A stretch of 64,000 nucleotides of DNA from positions 986 through 64,985 of the forward strand of contig JAITER010000020.1 of the NCBI GenBank assembly GCA_031281945.1. The letters are read 5' to 3'. Shown in pieces: positions 56,788 through 64,000 of this stretch. Positions within the stretch are counted from its first letter, which is position 1. The number at the start of each line of letters is the position of its first letter. A model generated the notes under the pieces. That model was not told the DNA's origin, searched no databases, and saw nothing but the letters and a program-made list of their open reading frames with translations. Origin of the DNA: Spirochaetaceae bacterium. GTDB lineage: Bacteria > Spirochaetota > Spirochaetia > Treponematales > Breznakiellaceae. Made by a program: the position numbers and the translations under genes.

Positions 56788-57258
56788 ATGGAAGAGTTAT
56801 CCCGCGAAGAAGAAAACGAAAGAATCGCCATATTAAAACGTTTCCGCCAGTTGCTTGTCTTGCAGCGGGATAGATTCCGGACTTATTTAGAATCGCTAGA
56901 TTATCAAAAAGAGCTTATAGAACACGGCAATATCGAAGACTTTAGCGAACACGTTAAACTTGAAGAAAAAATCGCCGGCGACATTCTGGCTTTGCAAAAA
57001 GTTATAGAACCAATGCAGGTTTTATATGAGTTCTCGTGGCGGGAAAAAGAGCCGGCTGAGATGCCGCAAATAAAAACAGCTCTGGAAAACCTTAGAATTG
57101 ACGCAAAAAAACGTTGGGACAGAAACAAAGAATTGTTGCAGGAGCGTATGCTTCGTATAAGCAATGAAATAAAAAATATGCGCTCAAACCCATTCTCAAA
57201 ACGGCAGTCCCCGTACGCCGCGACGCCGGCCCCCTCAATAATTGATATTACCGGATGA
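56788..57258 (+). CDS. Hypothetical coiled-coil protein, possibly a FlgN-like flagellar chaperone
   Basis: 156 aa, predicted helical, directly downstream of fliS. The assignment rests only on position and weak FlgN-like heptad character. Confidence 0.4.
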   Translation: MEELSREEENERIAILKRFRQLLVLQRDRFRTYLESLDYQKELIEHGNIEDFSEHVKLEEKIAGDILALQKVIEPMQVLYEFSWREKEPAEMPQIKTALENLRIDAKKRWDRNKELLQERMLRISNEIKNMRSNPFSKRQSPYAATPAPSIIDITG

Positions 57259-57821
57259 CGGCTCTTGTTATTACGGGCTCGCCCAGAAAAAACGGCGTTT
57301 CGTCCATTATGACAAAGTGTTTTGAGGATTTGTGGCGTGAAGCCTCCGGTGAAAATCAAATAATCCTTATCGACTCATACAAGACGGCCGCAAAACCGTG
57401 CATCCATTGCGGAGAGTGTAAGAAAAAGAATTCCTGTATATATAATGATTTAGACGTACTTGACGCGGCTTTAAAAACCGCCGGCGCCCTTGTGGTTTCT
57501 TCTCCGGTTTATGTGCAAAGCTTTCCCGCCCCGTTTAAAGCTATTTTAGACAGAATGCAAAGGTATTTTGAAGAAAAATACGCGCTGGGCGTTTCCAACC
57601 CAATACCAAAACATAAACGCGCTCTTTTTATGACCGCCCAGGGCTCCCAGGAAAGGCCGCTTCTTATGGAAGAACAACTGCGCCTCTCTTTGCGCCTTAT
57701 GAACGCCACCCTTGAACGCTCTATAGCCGTGCTTGGAACGGATTTCCGCGAGCCGGATTTTGACTTTATACGCAAAGAAATTCGCCTTTTTATCGACCTG
57801 TTTACAAACAATCCAGCTTAA
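57255..57821 (+). CDS. Iron-sulfur flavoprotein-like NAD(P)H-dependent FMN reductase
   Basis: 188 aa. ITGSPRKNG and VVSSPVY flavodoxin-fold motifs are present, plus a compact CIHCGECKKKNSC cysteine cluster (CxxCxxCx5C). ATGA overlap with the preceding ORF. Confidence 0.7.
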   Translation: MTALVITGSPRKNGVSSIMTKCFEDLWREASGENQIILIDSYKTAAKPCIHCGECKKKNSCIYNDLDVLDAALKTAGALVVSSPVYVQSFPAPFKAILDRMQRYFEEKYALGVSNPIPKHKRALFMTAQGSQERPLLMEEQLRLSLRLMNATLERSIAVLGTDFREPDFDFIRKEIRLFIDLFTNNPA

Positions 57822-58241
57822 AACCCGGTTGCGGCGGGCCTTTTTGTATACGCGGCGCTTAAAAACCGCGCCTTTTTTACAATAGGCTTGTTCGAAAACT
57901 TCAGTTTCAGCCAAGCTGAACCAAGCCCAGGATTGATTACTAAGCCTTCTCTCTTGATTCAGCCAACTTCCGCTTAAAACGATTTGGGCGGCAACCAAAT
58001 CAGGGATAGCGAAATAAGCAATAACAAGCCTTTCGCCTTGTAAAGGCCGCTCAGAAACAGCAAATTCCTAACCCCAAGCAAAGCAAAATTCGCCGGTTTA
58101 CGCTAAAAGACGCGGTTCAAAACACAAAAAGCGCTTTTGCGCCGGATTTTAAGCCCGCCAAGCGTAAAACTTAAATGAACAAATAACAGGGCGTTTAGCA
58201 AGTTAATTTACACAAATTGTAAAAATCCCGATAATAGCCTT

Positions 58242-59630
58242 ATGGTGCAATTAAAAAGATTGTTATTGCTTTTTTTAACTGTCGTTTTGTTTTATTCGTG
58301 TAAAACCACGCCGCCTAAACAGGCCGTGAGAAACGACTTTTTTCAGAGGGTGGCCGTTTTGTTGGAAACGGACGACTTTGACGGGGCTCTGGCTCTGTTT
58401 GACGCTTTACCGGAGGCTGAAGCGGCTTTGCCGGAAGTTAAAGTGGCTAAATCCAGCATACTTTTATCGGCGGGTAAAGTTTCCGCGGCGCGCGCCGTTG
58501 TGGAAGACCTTATAAAACAAGACGCGGGAAATATTGAAGCGCGTTATGTGTTATCTGTGGTGGAATCGAGGCAGAAGAAACTCCGCCAGCAGAGGATAGT
58601 GCTTGAAGACATTGTAAAAGAAAGCCCGAATTATGTACCCGCCCTAAACGACCTTGGGCGCATATCAATAGAAAATTCAAAAAATTTAAAAAAGGCGGCT
58701 TCTTATTATGACGCGGCCCTTAACGCCGATCCCGCCAACGAAGATTCGATAATAGGCAGGGCGCGTGTATACAAACTCGCGAAAAAATATGATGAGGCTA
58801 TAGGAGTTCTTACAAAAGGAATTCAGTTGCGGCCCAGATCCGCTTCGATGTACAACGAGCGTGGCAGAATTTACAGAACGATTGGGAATTTAGACGAAGC
58901 TATGGCCGATATGAATGAAGCGGTTAAATTTGATCCAAACGATTATTGGTTTTCATACGACCGGGCTTTGGCTTTGCTGGCGCAGAATCAAAAAAAGGAG
59001 GCGCTGGAAGAATTTAAACGCGCTTCATCAATAGACCCGAGTATATTTATAGCGTATGTATATACGGCTGGAATAAGCGACGAACTTGGTTTTGACGATG
59101 AAGCGATAAAAAACTATAAAAAAATAATATCAATAAAACCAGATTATTATTTTGGATTTGAAGGGCTGGGCGTTCAAAGTTTGAAAAAAGGCGATTATGC
59201 GCAAGCGGCGGATTCTTTTCTTCAGGCCTGGGGCAAGGCTCCTTCGGAAATAAATTACGCGCTTTTATCCGCGTATTGCCGCCTTAAAGCCGCGAAAGGC
59301 TCAAAAGAGGGGCGAAACGCAATTAAACCATTCTTAAATGAGGCTATAAAACAGGTTAAACGCGATTCCATTGATTACTACGTACTGCGCCTTTACGCGG
59401 AAGGGGCCGGAGATTCGGATGTGGCCCTTAGAGTGGAAAAAGAGCCGAACACAATCGCCAAATTTCGCGCCGTGTTTTATTTGGCCTGCTATTATGATAC
59501 AACCGGAATTCCTACGCTTTCGCAAAAATACGCCGAAGATTTTAGGGAGTTCAACCGGCGCGACTTGATAGAATATCGCATAAACGATTTCTTGCACCCC
59601 GTTTCCAGCGGGGTAGCCTCCAAAAATTAA
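58242..59630 (+). CDS. TPR-repeat lipoprotein
   Basis: 462 aa with lipobox VLFYSC. It has multiple 34-residue TPR-like repeats (for example YNERGRIYRTIGNLDEAMADMNEAVKFDPND). Confidence 0.7.
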   Translation: MVQLKRLLLLFLTVVLFYSCKTTPPKQAVRNDFFQRVAVLLETDDFDGALALFDALPEAEAALPEVKVAKSSILLSAGKVSAARAVVEDLIKQDAGNIEARYVLSVVESRQKKLRQQRIVLEDIVKESPNYVPALNDLGRISIENSKNLKKAASYYDAALNADPANEDSIIGRARVYKLAKKYDEAIGVLTKGIQLRPRSASMYNERGRIYRTIGNLDEAMADMNEAVKFDPNDYWFSYDRALALLAQNQKKEALEEFKRASSIDPSIFIAYVYTAGISDELGFDDEAIKNYKKIISIKPDYYFGFEGLGVQSLKKGDYAQAADSFLQAWGKAPSEINYALLSAYCRLKAAKGSKEGRNAIKPFLNEAIKQVKRDSIDYYVLRLYAEGAGDSDVALRVEKEPNTIAKFRAVFYLACYYDTTGIPTLSQKYAEDFREFNRRDLIEYRINDFLHPVSSGVASKN

Positions 59631-59636
59631 CCGAAT

Positions 59637-60857
59637 ATGGAAAATACGGAAACACGTGTTGTTTTTAAACACAATGAAAAAGAACTTATTTTACTGGGAA
59701 CGGCTCATGTATCAAAAGAAAGCGTTGAAGAAGCCGTTAGCCTTGTAAATACCGAAAAACCGGATGTCGTGTGTGTTGAGCTGGATGAAGGACGTTATGC
59801 CTCATTGTCGCAAAAAGACGTCTGGGAAAAACTTGACGTAGTAAAAGTAATACGCTCCGGCAGAGGTTTTCTGCTGGCGGCGAATCTTGTTCTTGCGGGT
59901 TTTCAGCGCAGACTGGGCGACGGACTGGGCGTTAAACCAGGCGAGGAAATGAAATCGGCTGTTTGCGCGGCGCGGGAAAACGGCGTCCCGTTTGTGTTAT
60001 GCGACAGGGAAGTTCATGTTACTTTGCGCCGCGCCTGGGGAAGTTGCGGTTTTTGGGGAAAATGCAAACTGGCGGCGTCTCTTTTTTCCAGCGCGTTTAG
60101 CAGAGAAAAATTAAACAAGCAAGAAATAGAAAATTTAAAACGTAAAAGCGAGCTGGACGGCATGATGAACGAATTGTCTTCCTACCTGCCTTCCATAAAA
60201 AAAGTTTTTATAGATGAACGCGATCATTATTTAGCCTCAAAAATTTGGGAGGCTTTTTCCCGCGAAAACGTAAACAGAGCCGCCGCCATTGTAGGCGCCG
60301 GCCACCTTTCGGGGCTCGCGGCCCGTTTGGAAGAGTTTGCGTCCGCGGAAGATGCGGGCGAAAAAGAAAAACTCGCGGCCCTTTCAGACGTTTCCAGTTT
60401 AAATGAAATACCGCCGCCAGGTTTTTTGGCCCGCGCCCTGCCGTGGATGCTCCCAGCCGTTATAGCGGCGCTTATAACCGCTGGTTTTCTTCGTTTTGGC
60501 GTTCAAACCGGCTTGGAAAGCCTTCTCCGCTGGTTTTTATGGAACGGCTCCCTCGCCGCGGCGGGCGCGGTTTTGGCGGCGGCCCATCCTATCGCCGTTT
60601 TAGCCGCATTTGTCGGGGCTCCCATAGGCACAATAAGCCCTTTTTTAAGCGTGGGCCTTTTTTCCGGCGCGGCGCAGGCTTTCGCGCACCGCCCGCGCGT
60701 GTCGGACGCGGAAAACCTAAACGAGGACGCGGCCAGCCTTAAAGGGCTTTATAAAAACAGAATAACGCATATCCTGGTTGTGTTTTTTTTATCCTCCCTG
60801 GGAGGGGCGGCGGGTAATATTATTTCTATACCGGCGCTGGCTAAAATCTTGTTTTAG
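59637..60857 (+). CDS. TraB/GumN family protein
   Basis: 406 aa. LILLGTAHVSKESVEE, VCVELDEGR and IVGAGHLSGL motifs are present, and the C-terminal part is multi-TM. Confidence 0.8.
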   Translation: MENTETRVVFKHNEKELILLGTAHVSKESVEEAVSLVNTEKPDVVCVELDEGRYASLSQKDVWEKLDVVKVIRSGRGFLLAANLVLAGFQRRLGDGLGVKPGEEMKSAVCAARENGVPFVLCDREVHVTLRRAWGSCGFWGKCKLAASLFSSAFSREKLNKQEIENLKRKSELDGMMNELSSYLPSIKKVFIDERDHYLASKIWEAFSRENVNRAAAIVGAGHLSGLAARLEEFASAEDAGEKEKLAALSDVSSLNEIPPPGFLARALPWMLPAVIAALITAGFLRFGVQTGLESLLRWFLWNGSLAAAGAVLAAAHPIAVLAAFVGAPIGTISPFLSVGLFSGAAQAFAHRPRVSDAENLNEDAASLKGLYKNRITHILVVFFLSSLGGAAGNIISIPALAKILF

Positions 60858-61056
60858 ATTTAAGGCGCGTTTAACGCGGACGGCGCTGGTGTTGTTAGAA
60901 CACGAAATAACGAAAGCGCTTTTCCGCATTCGCGGGCGCAAGCTTCCATAAAAATATGCGGCGTGTTGTTTAATAGGCTTTAAGTTATAACGGCGTGTTG
61001 TTTCTTGTTTTATAAAAACTGTTTCTGTTCATAAACAGGAACTTCTAAATAATTGG

Positions 61057-61160
61057 CCTTGTTTAAGAACCCGGTTGGTTCTTAAACAAGGCTTGCAAAA
61101 TGCATGGCATTTTGCTGTTTTTAAGCGGAAGTTGTTTAAAAACTGAGGTTTTTAAACAAC
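61057..61160 (+). repeat. Array of three consecutive perfect hairpins (the last is a family-1 repeat)
   Basis: A 15-bp stem, ccttgtttaagaacc/ggttcttaaacaagg (61057-61091). A 9-bp stem, gcaaaatgc/gcattttgc (61095-61115). A 13-bp stem, gttgtttaaaaac/gtttttaaacaac (61131-61160). Confidence 0.85.
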
Positions 61161-61172
61161 TCTATTATATTT

Positions 61173-61994
61173 ATGCGAAATCAGAATGTGTATATTTTTT
61201 TAAAATATGATTTGCTCATTCCGCCGGGCGTTGAAGATTCCGCGGTTTTTGCGGGCGTACCGGAAAAAGAGGCGCGTCCTTTGCCGGAAGACGCTGATTT
61301 TTTTGAAACGCCGCTATTCCCCCCGTTAAACGCTGAGGGCGCCGGAGAAAAAAAAACTATGCGTTGCTATTTGGTTTCAGGCGATGCGGCGCCCGCCTCC
61401 TGGAGGCGCGTTCCCTTACGTTCCGTTATCGCCAAAGCGGAAGGGACGGCGGACGGGAAAAACGCGGCGGATCTTCTTCGCGCTTGCCACATAATGCACT
61501 GGCGCAAAGTTTCGCGTTTTTGCGGTTCTTGCGGCGCGCCAAACTTCGATTCCGCAATTGAAACCGCTCGCGTTTGCGCTGTTTGCGGCAGAATTGAATA
61601 CCCGCGTATATGCCCCGCCGTTATAACAGCCGTTACAAACGCAAATGGCGAAATTTTGCTGTCGCATAACAAAGAATTTCCGGACGGCTTATACAGCCTT
61701 ACGGCCGGTTTTAACGAAGCCGGAGAATCGCTTGAAGATACGGTTAGACGGGAAGTTTACGAAGAAGCCGGCGTTTTTGTAAAAAACATCCAGTATATAA
61801 CAAGCCAAAGCTGGCCGTTTCCATCCTCGTTGATGGCGGGCTTTAAAGCCGAATACGCCGGCGGAAAAATAGTCTGCGACGGAATAGAAATAACAGACGC
61901 CGCTTTTTTTAAAAAAGAAAACCTGCCTAATATTCCAGCCGCCGGCTCCATAGCCCGTCATATCATCAACCTGTATATTTCAGGGGCCCTTTAA
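61173..61994 (+). CDS. nudC: NAD(+) diphosphatase (NudC-type Nudix hydrolase)
   Basis: 273 aa. Zinc ribbon CGSCGAP...CAVCGRIEYPR, then a Nudix box GFNEAGESLEDTVRREVYEEAGV and SQSWPFPSSLM. Confidence 0.85.
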   Translation: MRNQNVYIFLKYDLLIPPGVEDSAVFAGVPEKEARPLPEDADFFETPLFPPLNAEGAGEKKTMRCYLVSGDAAPASWRRVPLRSVIAKAEGTADGKNAADLLRACHIMHWRKVSRFCGSCGAPNFDSAIETARVCAVCGRIEYPRICPAVITAVTNANGEILLSHNKEFPDGLYSLTAGFNEAGESLEDTVRREVYEEAGVFVKNIQYITSQSWPFPSSLMAGFKAEYAGGKIVCDGIEITDAAFFKKENLPNIPAAGSIARHIINLYISGAL

Positions 61995-62494
61995 GCTTCT
62001 TGCTTTTTCCGCCTAAACCGTATTGAACAGCAGTCGTCGCCGCGAGCTATGGTTTTTGGCAAATCAAGTTCGCAACCAAAAGCTTCGGCTATACCCCTGT
62101 CGCCGCACATAGCGAAATCACACATTGAGCTGACGTCTTTGTCTTCACAACCCATAGCAAGCCAAGCGGCCGCAAGCGGGCAGTAGTGAAAATCAACATC
62201 AAATGAATCGTCCGTACAGCGCAAGAACTTCATTTCAAAAACCAACTTGCCGGGGAATTTAAAAAGTTTTCGTTTTAAAACTTTAAGGCTTAAATCGCCT
62301 CCGCTCGCCGCCGCGCCGCCATGATGTAAACCGCAACGCTTTATAGCCTGCGGAGCGAAATCACCGGGCTCAAGCCCTTTCTTTTTCGCTTCGTCCAGTA
62401 AAAAATACATCCATAACGCGCGATGCTCGTAGAATTTTCTAAAAAAACCGGCTACAGCGGATTTGTTATGCGCTATATTCTTAATCTCGCCCAT
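61991..62494 (-). CDS. L-2-amino-thiazoline-4-carboxylic acid hydrolase family protein
   Basis: 167 aa. FHYCPLAAAWLAMGCEDKDVSSMCDFAMCGDRGIAEAFG...DDCCSIRF resembles the Cys-rich ATC-hydrolase family pattern. Its stop overlaps the nudC stop (TTAA). Confidence 0.6.
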   Translation of the reverse strand: MGEIKNIAHNKSAVAGFFRKFYEHRALWMYFLLDEAKKKGLEPGDFAPQAIKRCGLHHGGAAASGGDLSLKVLKRKLFKFPGKLVFEMKFLRCTDDSFDVDFHYCPLAAAWLAMGCEDKDVSSMCDFAMCGDRGIAEAFGCELDLPKTIARGDDCCSIRFRRKKQEA

Positions 62495-62887
62495 ATTCTA
62501 TTTTCCTCCTTTCTATGCGCCGCCGGAATCAGTTGATTGCAATTCAGCGGTATAAAACCGGTTGCTTAGAGGTTGGTCCCGCGCCGCCGCCAGTTTCTTT
62601 GCATATATGTTGTATAGCATGGATTATGGCGGATTGCGATTGTTTTTTGAAGGCGGCGTTGCGCCCGCAAAAAGTTCCAAAACGCCCGGAATTTGGCGAT
62701 AAAGCGGCGAAAAAAAAATCCGCCTTTAACGCAAAACGTTTGGGTTGTGCGCGCTCTGGTGTAAAATCAAAAACACGGTGTATGTGATTTTGAATCCGCT
62801 CCTATTTAATTTTCAGAAAATTTAATCTGTTTAAAATATCGCATAACTTAAAAGCTGGAATTGTTGTATGGAAATATATTAGATTTG

Positions 62888-63208
62888 TTAAATAAGTCCA
62901 TTGTCGCGGGGAATGCGTCCATAATTAATTTTTGTTAATTTGCGGTTCTTTTTAACGACTGTTGTTTCATTAAAATCACCGCCGCTTGTCAAAATGTCAT
63001 AATTCTTTGTTGAAATTAAAATTACATTGGTTTTGTCTGTTATATACGCCGGCGCCTTATTCCAATTGTTTAGCATCATCCGCCCAACATGATGCTTTGG
63101 CAACCCAATGCCATTTGTTTTGATTTTTATGCTATAGTCCCTTTTGTCGTTGTTTAAATTCAAGCGCTTTATTCCGCTTACGTTTATTTTTTTAATAATT
63201 TTAAACAA
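62888..63208 (-). CDS. Small hypothetical protein, possibly a bacterial PH-like domain
   Basis: 106-aa ORF in a visibly AT-rich islet, with an AT-rich TATAT-containing upstream region. The segment GIGLPKHHVGRMMLNNWNKAPAYITDKTNVILISTKNYDILTSGGD loosely resembles bPH-type domains. This is a weak call. Confidence 0.35.
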   Translation of the reverse strand: MFKIIKKINVSGIKRLNLNNDKRDYSIKIKTNGIGLPKHHVGRMMLNNWNKAPAYITDKTNVILISTKNYDILTSGGDFNETTVVKKNRKLTKINYGRIPRDNGLI

Positions 63209-64000
63209 ATATTATTATATATGACGCATAACAGACGTGTATATATTTCGCGGCCTAAAGACTGCTGGTTTCAGGCTGTCGGGGAGCCGTCCTTCGTTTT
63301 TTGCGCCTGATTGCGGACGCAATTCCGCCGGTTGTTAATTGGCTTATGTTTTGCAACAGGAACTTAACGGTTTTTACAAACGCCTCCGCCAAGGCAAGAG
63401 CCGTTATTAGAACCAATTTGGCATATTTTTTACGACCGATAAATTTAGGCGTTATATTTTTTCCATCAAGTTTGTATGAAAGACGCAAGCGCGTTTCTCG
63501 CCATAACACGGCTCTCGCCTGGAGCGGGGACGTCTTAATTCCGGGCGGGCTTCTTTGGCGTAAGAGGCGGGGCGGCGTTTGACGGCGCGCCGCGAAGCCG
63601 CCGCGTTTTGTTTTCAACAAGCAAAATTGCGGCGGGTGTATTTATAAGTATAATATAGAAATTATTTTTTTGAAGTTAAACCGCAATTAGCGGCGGAAGG
63701 AGTCGCGCGCGAAATTCGCCGTTGTTTTATCTTCGCTCATGGTTGCTTGCGGGGTTTGTGGATGAGGTTGTTGAATTTGACCGCAAGCTGAACCAAGCCA
63801 AGGCTTAAAAACGGCGGCGGGCGGCGGCGCCTTCTAAGCGCCGCCAGCCGGAAACGCGGCGCAAACCGCTTTCGTTTGCGAAAAAGCCTCCGGAAAATCC
63901 GTCCGGCTCCGGGCTTTAGCGGGTTGCGGCGGGGTAATAACTGGTTGTGCATTTAAATCAAATTCAATTTACAAAAGGTCTAAATTTATGTATATTTTTA

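Noticed and set aside
62515-62787. 90-aa plus-strand ORF upstream of the ATC-hydrolase-family gene.
   Set aside because: It has no SD and an odd composition. It occupies the likely promoter region of the divergent gene.
63255-63620. 121-aa minus-strand ORF and the overlapping 93-aa plus-strand ORF 63301-63582.
   Set aside because: Neither has a convincing start context or family resemblance, and both are Arg/Lys-rich at the ends. I could not decide which strand, if either, is coding, so I made no feature call.
63737-63952. 71-aa minus-strand ORF near the window end.
   Set aside because: It is an extremely Arg-rich peptide that overlaps a copy of the third intergenic repeat family (the AAGCTGAACCAAGCC family) and GC-rich intergenic sequence.

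Overview
This is a chromosomal window that looks moderately GC-rich by eye. Gene content suggests a spirochaete, possibly Treponema-like, but that is inference only. The clues are rny, fliL and fliS, a bactofilin/M23 pair, many lipoproteins, selAB and a GTP-type PEPCK.

I can support about 50 protein genes and two tRNAs.
- Conserved block: tRNA-Thr, rpmG, tRNA-Trp, secE, nusG, rplK, rplA, rplJ, rplL.
- Housekeeping genes: ilvN, atpD, aroB, thiI, pckG, clpS, clpA, selA, selB, rny, nudC, nagZ.
- One sugar ABC importer (substrate-binding protein plus two permeases).
- Several outer-membrane or lipoprotein genes.
- Two giant (~1400 aa) beta-helix surface lipoproteins flanking nagZ.

I saw no rRNA, true CRISPR array, transposase, integrase, prophage or recognisable defence genes.

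The most unusual signals are non-genic or recoding-type.
1. There are five G/C homopolymers of 10-16 nt. One C16 sits between an ATG and the open frame of the giant Pmp-repeat lipoprotein gene. Three G tracts lie within 1.1 kb of a glycosyltransferase locus, and one of them switches the C-terminus. This looks like a set of slipped-strand contingency switches.
2. A ~650-bp GC-rich mosaic tandem repeat lies at 26.4-27.05 kb. It resembles a CRISPR array but is not one.
3. A near-identical ~240-bp tandem duplication copies the 3' end of selA into the selA-selB spacer.
4. A dispersed family of intergenic hairpin repeats shows compensatory arm changes. There is also a ~92-bp repeat pair and a third intergenic repeat family.
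5. A monocistronic, orphan F1-ATPase beta gene is present.

I cannot point to a classical multi-gene novel system. The phase-variable surface and glycosylation loci are my best candidates. All homology calls come from reading motifs by eye, not from database searches.
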